Assembly: GCA_020891255.1 (NCBI GenBank)
Contig: BQFW01000009.1
Span: forward strand, 1,612,001-1,676,000
Direction of reading: 5' to 3'
DNA length: 64,000 nucleotides
Origin: Entomortierella parvispora E1425
Lineage: Eukaryota; Fungi; Mortierellomycota
Shown here: positions 22,680-35,389 of the stretch, in pieces
Layout: every line of letters starts with the position of its first letter
Numbering within the stretch: position 1 is the stretch's first letter
Translations under genes and position numbers: made by a program
The notes under the pieces: model-generated
Seen by the model: the letters and a program-made list of their open reading frames with translations, nothing else
The model's database searches: none
What the model was told of the DNA's origin: nothing

Positions 22680-25389
22680 TTATTCGGCCGTGGACGCATC
22701 AAGGTCTTCCCTTGCAAGCACCCATGTCCGCAAATTCAGATAATATGTAATCTCTTCCTCTTTGTCTCCCTCCTCCTCTCCATCCTTCTTCAGAGAAGAG
22801 ACGGGCTTGCGTCGCGACCGTCGATCCGCAATAAGGTTGTGCATGATAGTTGGCTTGGATATCATTCCATGACTCTTCATGATCCTCTCCGCGTCCGTCA
22901 GGCCATCCTCATGGTCGCGGTTACTCTCCATCGTATTAAGCCATCGACTAACATCTTTGAGTTTGGGCATGTCCTTTCGTTGCAAGACCTGGATCCAACC
23001 TTCCCAAGTGGAATATCCTTTGGTGAAGCGCTCGCCCAACCTCTCCAAATTTGGAAATGTCGTCTTGAACACAACAGAACGGAGGCCGTCATCCATGATC
23101 CAAGGCCCAACTAGAGTCAGCTCCTGCACAGATGACGCGACGATAAGAGACGATGCATAGTCCTCGTCAGCGCCATGTGTGCAGCACGAAGTAGAGGAAG
23201 CAACAGACCTACGGAAGTCCTGAAGCGAAAGGACGCGTTGTCGTTCATCAGCCTCGGCACCTAGAGTGAGTTCCAAATTCCCAACTGCTGGACAAGATTC
23301 CAGCATCCTAAATTCAAATAGGTGCGCAAACACTGGACCGAGAGCAAGGATGAAAAGGTGCGGGAGATGCCAGTCCCAGGTCCAAAGAGGTCGCCTGCCA
23401 GGTCGCTCGCCCACCAAGTCTGAATCGATTGGCTGCCCTGTCATGTTTTCATCCTGTTCTGCTTGATCTTCCTCATCCTCACCCTCCCGCACAAAGAAAA
23501 CGGAAGCTTTAACGTCGTCCAGAGTCCATGGATGAGAATCGTCAGGCGATGTGTTTTCTATGTCCAGCGCAAGAATTTGTAGATTGGGTGTTTGATGCAA
23601 CGAATCCGGATGGAATGTTAAAGCGGGCCATCCTCTCAATCTGAGTTCAGTCAAATGAGGCCGGGTGTCCGAAATGGGTAGACAGCTCTTCACATCATGG
23701 AAACGGAACCCTGTTTTACAGTCCGTCAACTGAAGGCGTTTGATTTTTAGGCTAAGTCCACCAACGACATAGAAAGCTGGGTCGACTATAAGCTTGACTT
23801 GTGTCAGGCCCACCGACATCGACTCGATTTCCGGCAGTCTCCAGTCCTGACCGATTCAAAACTCTGATAGTACAGCCATGGCATCTCTATCGTATGAGCT
23901 TTGAAATGCCTGGATATCAGTCAGAGTATCGCCAAATGCAATTACAATATAGTCCAGCTCATCGGTCAGCATCCGTCGGCTCAGCAGCATCGAGACAGCC
24001 TGCAGGGGGACTGGCGGTAAAAGATTTGGTATAGGTACGGATTGTCGATTCAGCTGCTGTCGTCCTACATTTCCGGTTCGCTGGAAAGCAGGTAGGCTGC
24101 GTTGTCGGTCCCACGCCCGCTTCTCCTCGACTGCCCAATGAAACGATCCTGCGCCAAGGGGGTCCATTTCGAGCGACCTCAAGCTTCGGCATCGGCTCAA
24201 AAACGTTGGATCGGATTTCGCAATGACTGAGAAGGTGGATAGTCTTGACTGCGCTCAGATCAATGTCCTTCAGCTTCGAGTGCACTCGTCTCCAATTGTT
24301 CTGATCAATACAAGTAGGACTGGCAAGCGAGGAAAGGGCGCTACTCAACTCATACATGACGGCACTGGGGCAGCTCATTACCATCCGACAAGGATAGGTG
24401 TTTGGACAACGGGCATTTTGCAATAGACCAGGAAAGACTCGGTCGTGTCGTTCTACAAACTGTACCATGTCCTTGAATTGTCGGTGCCGCCTCTTTTCGT
24501 CTTCAGTAGCGTCTGCAGGGAGTTTTTCCATTGTCCCGAGGCCTTGGCGGTTAGTCTCGAGGAAAGGCTCGTCCATTAGGAAGGAGATAGATGTGAGGGC
24601 CGAGAATCGGCCAACGTTCTCCAAGTAACGATCCAAGTCCGACAGAGGCACGGAGAGTTCCTGAATCTGCTCAAATACAGGCGAGCACAAAGTCCAAGTC
24701 AGATCTTTTCTGAGGGTTGCCTCCAGAGCATCCTGTCTTAGCTTGACCTCAGTCATGTTCGGTAGATTGACGGTGGGAAAGGCAAGCTCATGGTCGTGCG
24801 GACCGTCGCCATATCCTGAAGCCACAATGAACTCTTGGTCTTCCTCCTCCTTATTGCGTTTGAGGCTGCTTTTGGATCGAAAAACATATTCCGCCAGTCG
24901 TCGAGGATAGTTTTCCAAGATGTCAATATCCAAATAGGTGGGATAGTACCGCGTCATGTAAATGGCCTTCTCGAATTCAAAGGCGCGGAGGTAGGACAGA
25001 TAGTCAATTCCGCTCATCTGCCTTGGTGTTGTTGCGTCGCCCTGTTCGTTCCTTTCCGAGTCAGACACCGAAGGCTGTTCCTGCTCTATGCTTGGGTCAG
25101 GATGGATGTCATAGGCTGCACAGAGCAAGTTGCTGACATCCTTTCGTGGTAAACGCTGCAGCAACAGCCTGACAATATTGACAAGTCGCGATGCTTGAAT
25201 AATAGAAGTGCGAGTAAGGCTACGGAAGACGAAGCCATTCCCAGAAAGGGCTCTGCCGTAAAGGAGGGGCAGGACTGCAGAACAAAGGGCATGATTGACC
25301 TGCAGCAAGCATGCAAGCGCAGCCTTGTCATGCTTTAGATGTTGGAGAATGAGATTGAGGCATTCTAGTGGGAGCGCGGACAGGGACAT
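22680..25389 (-). pseudogene. F-box-like/LRR-like protein A (about 900 codons) with one frameshift and one in-frame stop
   Basis: MSLSALPLECLNLILQHL F-box-like start at 25389. Frame change around 24200-24250 (LSAVKTI to FLSRCRSL). In-frame TGA at 23856-23858 (SEF*IGQDWRLP), where paralog B has Arg (IRIGHDWRLP). The frame is then open to 22680. Confidence 0.8.
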
Positions 25390-25525
25390 TTGAAATGAGA
25401 CGAGGGGCGATGGGGGGAATGACGAAGAGAGGGATGCAAAGCCGACGTAATGGGCGTCCCTTTTTTGCGGCAGTGGTGGCAGTGCTTGTTGGTGCAAAGG
25501 CAATGTTTATTTCTTGCTGAGGACC

Positions 25526-26619
25526 TCACGCACGCACTTTCTCCCGGACCAGCTTTTCTGAGAATGCCCACAACTTCTCCTGCAAGGCCTCGTCGCGTCC
25601 CAGATAGCTGGGTTGGATCTCATTGGCAATTGGGATGAAATACCGTCCTCGGATGTCCTTGTTCACCACCTCGGGGCTCGTCGCCAAGTACAATTGCGTC
25701 AAGGCTCCCACCTCCGGTGCCATGGCCACCAATCTGGTCAAAACCTTGGTAAGTTGTGCCATTGTCTTTCCCATGGTATCCTCGGAATGACGAGTGAGCT
25801 CCGTGGCTACATAGCCAGGGTGGGCGATGTTGACGTAGACTTGTGTGTCTGCAAGACGCCGGGCCAGCGCTTTGGCAAAGAGAACGTTGGCCAACTTCGA
25901 TCTTCCATATCGGGTCATGGGCCCACAGGTGGAGGGGTCGTTCAAGGTGTCAAAGTCGATTCCTCCCGAGACAGTGCCTTCGTGCGCCAGAGAGCTCAGG
26001 ATGACGATCCTGGAAGGCTGTGATTCTTTGATGCGTTCAAGCAATCCCATCGTAAATACAAAGTGGCTGTAGTCCAAAAAAAAAAAAAAAAAAAAAAAAA
26101 AATCAGTCTCGGTGAGAAAGGACAAGCTACACGTTCTTGGTTCGTCGTGTTTTCATCGCCATACCCCATGTGGTTGACAGCAAACTGCTGTTCGATGCCA
26201 TCGGCGCTCAGTGCAAAAGGTGTATTCATGATACCAGAATTATTGACCAAGAGATGCAAAGGCAAGCCCTTGTTCAAAAACTTGCTTGCTGCCTTCTTGC
26301 ACATGTTCATGTCGTTGAGATCCAATTCCAAAAACTCAAGCTTTGGCTCCGGTGCGCGAGGGTAGTTGGCCTTGATCTCCTTCTTGGCTCTCTCAATGGC
26401 TGCCAAAGCGCGCTCCTTGCTTCGGCAGGCTAAAAAGACATGAGCTCCATGAGCGGCCAGAGCGACCGTGGTTGCATAGCCGAGTCCAGTGTTGGCGCCA
26501 GTGACAATGGCTACTTTGCCAGACTGATTAGGGATCTGATCATGACTATATCGTGCGGGGGTGAAGTATGTCTTCCAGAAGGCAAACTGGGGGAACGAAT
26601 TGCTGAATAGGACTGGCAT
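25526..26619 (-). CDS. SDR, copy 4, two exons, apparently intact
   Basis: Exons 26619-26165 and 26066-25526. TGANTGLG and YGRSKLAN present. No second intron (VILSSLAH is continuous). Confidence 0.93.
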
Positions 26620-27232
26620 TCCTCGTTATGTGTGTGCGTGAAGATGTGAGGGAGACGAGTGCGTGCAAATTGATAGTGAGAGTGGATTGATGTGAACGGA
26701 GAGGGAGCAAGTGAAACAGCTTTTATGGTCCCAGCAAGAATCTCAAAGGGATAAATAATTCAAAACTCGACGAGTCGTGTTTGTCGAAGAGACAAGACCA
26801 GATCGACCATCTCCCATTCGGTGGTCTGACAGCCAATTGTGCTCTCACCATACGCGCGTCTCTTCGTCACCCGTCTAAAAATGGTGCTTTTCGTGATCTC
26901 GAAAATGTTGCAATCAAAGCCTGTTTGTGGCCACAACGTTTGAAAGGCACTGAGGAGATGAAAGTCCCAAACCATTGCCGTCGATAGAAGAGACGGCAGC
27001 CAAACTTCTCCTCGCCGCGGTGTGAGTTTGGGTCCCCTCCTCCTTTATTTGTGCCAACAGACGACCAAATACGTGGTGGGCGAACTGACCTCTGCTCATC
27101 CCACAAGCCCACGGTCATACTGCACTCTTGATCCAAAGGGTCAGTGATTCTTAAAGAATATTTATTATTGATGCTGTTATCTTCAGCTAGAGTACAGGCA
27201 AAAAGGTGATAGGGGGTTCGTCCTTGTTATTC

Positions 27233-28461
27233 TTATTTACGGAGCTTTTCCTTGGCCAAGTTTTCAGAGAAAGTCCACAGCCTCTCTTGCAACTCTTCGT
27301 CTCGACCATACGCGCTAGGTTGGATCTCATTGGCAATTGGAATAAAGTATCTTCCTCGAATGTCCTTGTTCTCGATCTCTGGGCTCGTCGCCAAGTACAA
27401 CTGAGTCAACGCTCCTACTTCGGGAGCCATAGCCACCAAACTCGTGGTGATTCCCAAGACCTTCGATCCAATGCTTCCAAAAGACGCCTCAGAGTGTCGG
27501 GCCAGCTCCGTAGCCACGTATCCTGGATGTGCAATGTTGACATAGACCTGAGTATCCGCCAGGCGACGGGCCAGGGCTTTTCCAAAGAGTAAGTTGGAGA
27601 GTTTTGATCTTCCGTAGCGCGTAACAGTGTCACTCTTGGACTCATCATTCAATGTGTCAAAGTCAATTCCACCCCGGACAGTGCCTTCGTGACCAATGGA
27701 GCTGAGTTTTCCAAGAGAACGAAAAGAGGCGTCGACTGTTAGTTTGGCTACCGTTGATCATGCAAGGCTGCAGAAATATTTCGCAGGAGCAAACTCGTGT
27801 TACCTCAAAACGACGATCCTTGAAGGTTGAGATTCCTTGATACGATCGAGAAGCGCCATTGTGAAAACAAAGTGTCTACAAGTTGTTGTTTTTAGGAATG
27901 AAAAGAAAAGAAAAAAAAGTAAGAAAAAAAGCCGAGCCGCGACGATGTCATTCCTGCAAGAGCAAGTTTGCTCTTCCCTCCAACAGGTTCTTTTGCTTGT
28001 TCATATATTGTTCCTTACCCCATGTGGTTGACGGCAAACTGTTGCTCGATACCATCAGCACTCAGTGCAAAGGGTGTTGTCATGATACCCGAGTTGTTGA
28101 CCAACAAGTGCAAGGGCAAGCCCTTGCTCAGGAACTCTTCAGCAGCCTTTTTGGCCTTGTTCATGTCGTTCAAGTCCAGCTCCAGGAACTCAAGCTTGGG
28201 CGCGGCAGCTCTGGGGTACTTTTCTTTGATCTCGAGTTTGGCCTTCTCAATAGCAGCGAGGGCACGCTCTTTGCTTCGGCAGGCGAGGAAGACGTGTGCA
28301 CCGTGACCGGCCAAGGCGACCGTGGTGGCGTAACCAAGGCCGGTGTTGGCACCCGTGACAATCGCGACCTTTCCAGTCTGGTCTGGGATCAAGTCGTGCG
28401 AGTAACGACGGGGGGTGAAGAATGTCTTCCAGAAGGCAAGTTGTGATACGGATGAGCTCAT
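27233..28461 (-). CDS. SDR, copy 5, three exons, apparently intact
   Basis: Exons 28461-28018, 27875-27804 and 27701-27233 with GT-AG sites. TGANTGLG and YGRSKLSN present. Confidence 0.93.
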
Positions 28462-28882
28462 GGCGGGTGAAGGGTGAAGGGTGAAGTTGTAAAGCGAGTG
28501 TGTATGGCTGGCTGCAAGAAAGAGATGAAAGGAAAAAAGAGAGCAGATCGAAGGAGTTAAAATGAAGGGAAAAAAAGAAAAAAAATTGATCGAACCCAGA
28601 GACAGTCTCACTCCAACCCGGGGCCAGCCGCGCGTCTTGTCGTCACAGGGATGCAGTGCTCTCTTTATCTCCTTTCTGGATTCCTCCTTCGTGCGTTGCC
28701 TTGCCGGTTCTATATGATCCATTGTTGGTCTTCATGTAATGCCTTTTGTCACGTCAAACAGTCATCTACTCATACACCCGGATACATCTTTATCCCAGCT
28801 TTTTGAACCTCAACTGCTGCCTGACTTTGCCCATACCCCTTTGAATGAACAGATTATCGCCCCTTCCTTTCGACTTGTCAGC

Positions 28883-28946
28883 CTGGCAACCTGGCAACCT
28901 GGCAATCTGGCAACCTGGCAATCTGGCAACCTGGCAACCTGGCAAA
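28883..28946. repeat. Tandem 8-bp repeat CTGGCAA(C/T), 8 copies
   Basis: Units read directly: CTGGCAAC x5, CTGGCAAT x2, final CTGGCAAA. Lies between SDR copies 5 and 6. Confidence 0.9.
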
Positions 28947-28974
28947 CTTCTGATAATTGACTTGTGTTTATTAT

Positions 28975-30060
28975 TTATTCTCGCACCTTTTCGCGCATGA
29001 GCTTCTCACTATACTCCCACAACTTGTCCTGAAGCTCTTTGTTCGTACCGAATCGGCTGGGCTGGATCTCATTGGCAATGGGGATAAAGTATCTTCCTCG
29101 GATATCCTTGTTCTCCACTTCAGGGCTCGTCGCCAAATAGAGTTGTGTCAAAGCACCACGCTTGGGGGACATGGCCATGTACGGGATGAGGATCTTCTCG
29201 GACACGAATGTGTAGACAGAACCCATCGAATTGGTCGCCGCAGCAGTCCGGTTCAGCTCTGTGGACACAGCGCCAGGATGGAGACTGTTCACATAGACCT
29301 CTGTGTCCGCCAGACGACGTGCCAACGCATTGGCAAAGAGCACGTTGGCCAATTTGGAGCGACCGTAGCGGTTCATGGGGGTGGTTTTGCCCTCTATGTC
29401 CAGGAAGTCAAAATTGATACCATCTTTGGGAGCCATGAGATCGTGGGCTGCTGAGGAGAGTACGACGATCCGAGCAGGTTGAGATTCTTTGATACGATCC
29501 AACAGGGCCATAGTAAAGACGAAATGACTGTGAACAGAGGGGAGGGGCACCGGTTAGTTAAACTGTTCCTTTCATAGTCTTGTTCAAAGTACTGCTCTAA
29601 AGAATGGACATCCTTACCCCATGTGGTTCACAGCGAATTGGGTCTCAATGCCATCGGCACTCAGTTCGAAGGGTGTGTACATGATGCCCGAGTTGTTGAT
29701 CAGGATATGAAGTGGCAATCCTTTGGCGAGAAACTCTTTGGCGGCCTTCTTGCACTTGTTCATGTCGTTCAAATCCAGTTCCAAAAAATCAAGTTTGGGT
29801 GCTGGGGCGTGAGGGAAGGTCTCCTTGATCTCAAGTTTGGCCTTCTCAATAGCAGCGAGCGCACGCTCTTTGCTTCGGCAAGCCAGGAAGACGTGCGCAC
29901 CATGACCAGCCAAGGCCACCATGCTGGCATAGCCGAGTCCAGTGTTGGCGCCTGTGACGATAGCGACCTTTCCGGTTTGGTCAGGAATCAGTTCGTGCGA
30001 ATAACGGTCGGGGGTGAAAAGCGTTTTCCAAAACGCACACTGCTTGAAGTGGGTGGACAT
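28975..30060 (-). CDS. SDR, copy 6, two exons, apparently intact
   Basis: Exons 30060-29618 and 29527-28975. TGANTGLG and YGRSKLAN present. No second intron (VVLSSAAH is continuous). Confidence 0.93.
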
Positions 30061-30485
30061 GATTGTAGGGTTCTCTGAGTTACGGTCCTGGGAAGGGCGT
30101 GGTTGTTTTGTGTTGGGCGGTGGTTGTGGGCGGGATGCTGTGGAGTTGCGGTCATGTGGAGATGAAGACGTCCAAAGTCTTTTTAATATAAGATGTTTTT
30201 TGAAACACAGACGAGACACCGACCCACCGAGACGCGTGTCCTTTCGTAATCGTAACGATTCCTCTCGATCTCTGTGAGCCTAGAACGGTTCGTGGTACAG
30301 ACGTCCAAGGGCGTGAGAGCCATTCACATGGAGAGAGGATACCCACTGCAAGCACAAACTTGTATTTCTTCCTGTTCGATCCACTCTTTGCGTTGTGTAC
30401 CTCCTGTTTATGAACAGCGATCGCAGCCATGAATCGCCACGACGAACGGCTCTTTATTTCTAAAACAAGGGCAGAAAATGACTCT

Positions 30486-31540
30486 TTATACGATTCCGAT
30501 GTTCTCATTGACAAGACTCACAGAGAACGTCCAGGGCTTCTCTTGTAGAGCCTCATCCTTTGCAAAGGCACTTGGTTCACTCTCCTGTGCGACTGGGACA
30601 AAGTACTTTCCTCGGATATCCTTTTCCTCCACCTCTGGACTGGTTGCCAGATACAGCTGTGTCATAGCCCCTTGCTTGGGATCACTGCCCACTGACTTCG
30701 TAATGGCGCCTGCTATCATGCCTGAGAACGATCCAAAAGATTCACTGGCATGACGGTTAAGTTCCGTGGCTGTGAACCCTGGATGGGCCATATTGACAAA
30801 CACACGGCCGTTCTGAAGATGACGGGCCAGTGCTTTTCCATAGAGAATGTTGGCCAGTTTAGATTGGCCATAGCGAGCAAAGGTATTGACTGTAGTCACT
30901 TCACGATGGAGGTTATCAAAGTCGATTCCTCCCACAGGCGTCGTTTCGTGTCCATTGGAGGTCAAAATGACGATACGAGAGGGTTGAGATTCTTTGAGTC
31001 GATCGAGCAAGGTCGAAGTGAAAATAAAGTGCCTGATTGTAAAGTAACGGCAGCAAACGATAACAGAGAGAGAGGGTTTCTCGTCAGTGCTGTGCTTCAC
31101 AAACGTTGTGGCGTCAGAAGCGAGGTCACTTACCCCAAATGATTCACTGCGAACTGTTGTTCGATTCCATCCACACTCAGAGCAAATGGTGTATTGGCGA
31201 TACCCGAGTTGTTGACTAGGATGTGGAGAGGCAAACCTTTTGCCAAGAACGCATCTGCGGACGCCTTTGTCTTCTTCAGATCGTTCAAATCCAACTGCAA
31301 AAACTCGAGCATTGGTGCTATACTCGGATTCAGGTCCTTGATCTCTTGTTTGGCTGTCTCAATGGCGGCCTGGGCGCGCTCTTGGCTACGGCAGGCCAAG
31401 AAGACGTGGGCCCCACGACTTGCCAATGCAACCATGGTCGCGTAGCCGAGACCTGTGTTGGCGCCAGTGACGATGACAACCTTTCCTGTCTGATCTGGAA
31501 TCTGGTCGTGCGAGAAGCCGTTACGTTTGAAGAATTGCAT
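30486..31540 (-). CDS. SDR, copy 7, two exons, most divergent copy
   Basis: Exons 31540-31134 and 31032-30486. TGANTGLG and YGQSKLAN present. Shorter N-terminus, VILTSNGH, and LQEKPW in place of LQEKLW. Confidence 0.9.
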
Positions 31541-31880
31541 TTTGGTGGGCCAGGAAGGAGGTTGTCTGTATTTGAGATTGACAGATCAGAAAAAGGTTCA
31601 GTTGAAAGGCTCGCACGTTTTATCTGATTGTGAGCAAGCGATGCTTGGGGCGTGGGGCAAAAGCCCGTTTTGCCAAGGATCCTCGAAAAGACTCGACCCT
31701 GAGTTTATTTTTGGTCACTCTTGTCATTTTGTAAAGACGAGATCCAGCCCCTCGCAATCGATGCTGTCATGATCACAATAGTAGACGCGACCATGTAACC
31801 AACAGGAAGGAAAAATGGGCTGTTGGAAGGAGAGGGTAGAGAACCTGTTTTTATTTTGGCTTGGAGCTGTTGCAGATACT

Positions 31881-32579
31881 CTACTTCCTGAAGCGTTTCC
31901 AAAAGTTCAAGATTGGTGATACGATCCGAGTGGCTGTCCAGGGTGTCATCCAGGCACAAAGAGCAAGCCTCAACGGTATCAGAGTCTGCCCAAAAAATAA
32001 ATAAAAAAAATAAGGATGTTTAGTGGCGTTGAGAACCTGCATGCTTTCTCTCGTCAATTGTACCCAAAGTCAACTCTGTCTTCTCTTTACCTTGACCACA
32101 GCGTAGGACGTAGCCATGTTGAGCATCATGCGTGCACCGTCTGCGCCTTCCATGTTCCATCCATAGTACTTTGCGACGCGAGCTACAAACTTGTTGCCTT
32201 CTTCCATGGCCTGGTCTGGGAAGGGTATCTTGACGCCAGTCTCGGTGAGGGCAAAGTAGACGATGGGGAGTGGCACGATGGCGGTGATCTCATGCAGGAT
32301 ACCAAAGGAGATTAGATGGCTGGCGGGTTTGTTCTTGAACTGCTCTGCATATTGACGGAACTTGCTCAGCTTTGGTGGCGTAGACGAGGCATCGGCAGTT
32401 ACGGTTGCTGTTGTGGATGTAGAGGAAACAGTTGAGGAGGATGAAGAAGAAGAAGAAGAGGAGGAGTGTCGTGTGCGAGGAAGAATATGCTTGGAGAGGA
32501 GTCGAGGTGAGGGCGAGTGCAGGTTGGTGGCGGCGAGTCCGAGCCTGTGACGGGGGACGAGGAGACGACCAAGAGACAT
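31881..32579 (-). CDS. FLILHELTA-family (yeast Mrx11-like) probable mitochondrial membrane protein
   Basis: Arg/Ser-rich presequence-like N-terminus and FGILHEITAIVP motif. Exon 1 32579-32091 (SYAVVK|gt) joins exon 2 31985-31881 (TLIPLRLALCAWMTPW). Confidence 0.82.
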
Positions 32580-32953
32580 TGTTCGGGTTAGGATGCCGTG
32601 AGAATGGAGGTCGGGTGCGAGGAGTGGGCAGAAGAAGATCAGGGGATGGGAGATGGGAGGGTAGATGAATATGAATGGATGCAAGGATGAGCCGATGGGG
32701 GAGATCGAGGAAACAACGGCTGAGGACAAGGACAATTAGGGCGGAGAACAAAGGAAGGTACTGATGACGGACTGGCTGCAACGCCCAAAGAAGGGAAGGA
32801 TGTGTGGCTGGCTGGCTGGCTGGCTGGATTGCATCTTCAGCATCGTTTGCATTGTTTGCATCATCATCATCCCTTTCGTCTCGTCCCTTTCCTCCCTTCT
32901 TTCGTTCCTCCTCCTTCTTCCTCCCCTAATCATCACACACACTCCCCGCCAGA

Positions 32954-35389
32954 ATGGTACTACCCTGCAACATCCCTGCCCGACACTCGACCCATGTCTT
33001 CGTCATCCAGGCATTCATCCGCCAATCCATCACTCCATGCAAGAGAACTAACTCATCATCTTCCACTCTAGGTTGTTCTCGCCGTCTCCATCTGCACAAA
33101 GAGTGGCAAAGGTAAGGATCAGGACCATCAGCCAGCGAGGAGCCTTGCGCTCGCCATCCGCATCGTAACCATGTTCCATTCACTAATATGCTTACTTTCA
33201 TCTAGCGCTCATCTCGCGCCAGTTCAGGGAGATGACACGCGCCAGGATCGAGGGTCTGATCGCTTCCTTCCCAAAGTTGACCAGCGCAGGACAGCAACAC
33301 ACCACCATCGAGACGGACCATGTTCGATATGTTTACCAACCCCTGGACGAGCTCTTCATTGTCCTCATTACCAACAAGCAGTCCAACATCTTGCAAGGTA
33401 CCCAGGATGGTTTACATGCGACGACATTGGACTCTAGGAGCCTCTATTTTTTGTGCATGTCGGACATACGTGGCAGTTGACTAAGCGATCTCCTTTTATT
33501 TTATATCGCTGTTCTTGGATTGACATAGACATTGACACCCTTCAGTTGGTATCGCGGGTCGTGTCCTCGGTCTGCAGACCCACAGATGCCCGTGAGGTTG
33601 ACAGGAACGCGTTCGAGTTGCTCAGCAACTTTGACGAGATCATCTCGCTCGGTTACCGTGAGAATGTCAACCTGGCACAGGTCGCAAGCATCTCGGAGAT
33701 GGACAGTCATGAAGAAAAGATCCAGGAGATGATCGAGAAGGTATGACCGTAATTTTCAGCTCTTGGATATCGTTACGAGGGAATGAGAAAACTGATAAAT
33801 TTCCGGACATTGTTTCTTAATAGAACAAGGAGCGCGAGGCCAAGGAGGAGCTCAAGCGCAGGGCCAAGATGCTGGACTTGCAAAGGAAAGAGCAGAGAAA
33901 AGCTACTGGAGGAATGGGTGGTGGCTACGGACAAGGCGGTATGGGCGGCATGGGAGGTGGTTATGGTGGCCAGAGCGGATATGGCGGACAGTCTTCCATG
34001 GGTATGGGTGGTATGGGTGGCATGGGCAGCAGCCAGGGATATGATTCTCCTACGCCTGCCTCCGACAACAGTTCCTCCCAGTTCAGGTAAGCTTGCTCCA
34101 GTTACTCATATGTCCTGTCAAAAAAGTCAAAAATTAGGCATGCCCAAAAGGTTCTAAAAACTGCTTCTACGACATTTATTATCTCTCATGTAGCAACCCT
34201 GCTCCCAAGGCACCCGCTACTAAGGCCAGAGGCATGCAGTTGGGACGAAAGCAAAACAACCAGGATCTCTTCGAATCGCTCCGATCAGAGGTGGAGCAAG
34301 CTCCTCCCGCCCAACAACTCCAGCAGGCAGCAGCTCACCAAAGACATCAGGCTCCTATTCACGAGGCTCCAGCCGTGCCTGCAGTTCACATGGATAGCGT
34401 TCATGTTCAGATCGAGGAAAAGATCACAGTGGTTGCCAACAGGGATGGTGGATTGGAGAACATGGAAGTCAAGGGTGATCTGATGTTGCGTGTCACGGAT
34501 CCTGCATTGGCCAAGATCAGTCTTGCTTTGACCCACGTCGAGGATTCCGCTATTCAGTTCAAGGTATGGCTATGCCCCCTCGATCAAAATTCACGGTTTC
34601 TAGTGCGAGAATTGGATGAGTGCTAACATTTTGCTCCTTATTTTTACAACTGAACTAGACTCATCCTAACGTCAACAAGGTCCTGTTCAGCAGCGAAAAG
34701 ACGATTGCGTTCAGAGATTCATCCAAGGAGTTCCCATTGAACATTCCCACCGGTGTATTACGCTGGAGATATATCAGCAAAGACGAGAGCTCTATTCCCT
34801 TGTCAAGTATGTGTTTTCTGTGTTTTGATATTGGTGGCGTTTTTTTGAGGCGAATTGAGATATTAACAATTTCATGTTTTTGCTTCTTCCATAGTCAACT
34901 GCTGGCCATCCCCTGCTGGCGATGGATCCAGTGACGTCAACATTGAGTACCAATTGGAGAACGAGGAGATGTCGTTTAAGAATGTCAACATTATGATCCC
35001 CATCCCGTAAGGCTCTCTCTCCTGTGGACCTTTTAATCGTGCCTGGAATTTCTCTGATTTTTTCTAACATTTTTGTTTCCTATAATCTCCATAGTCACGG
35101 AACCACCCCTACAGTTGGAGAGGCTGATGGCGAATACTTTGTGGACCACGATCAGCAAGTGCTGATCTGGCAATTGCCCTCGATCGATGCCTCGAACGCG
35201 TCAGGATCTTTGGAGTTCAACTGTGAAGGCGACGATGCCGAGGCATTCTTCCCTATCTCGGTCCAGTTTGAGAGCGAGCGCTTGATCTGTGGTGTCGATG
35301 TCTTGGCTGTCACGCAGGTCGCTGATGGCTCTGACGTCCAGTTCTCCAAGCAGAGCGTGCTCACGCCCGCCGAGTACTCTGTTGTTTAG
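32954..35389 (+). CDS. RET2: Coatomer subunit delta (delta-COP)
   Basis: Spliced [39 protein letters not shown]...[18 protein letters not shown] longin domain, plus a C-terminal mu-homology domain ([23 protein letters not shown]). About nine exons, all GT-AG with continuous frames. Confidence 0.97.

Noticed and set aside
28883-28946. CRISPR-like or telomeric array
   Set aside because: The 8-bp units are contiguous with no spacers, there are no cas genes, and it is internal and unlike known telomere repeats.
16493-31540. Transposon or RIP as the cause of pseudogenisation
   Set aside because: No transposase, RT, TIR or LTR is seen. The lesions are mostly indels, with only isolated C-to-T nonsense changes and no dense C-to-T signature.
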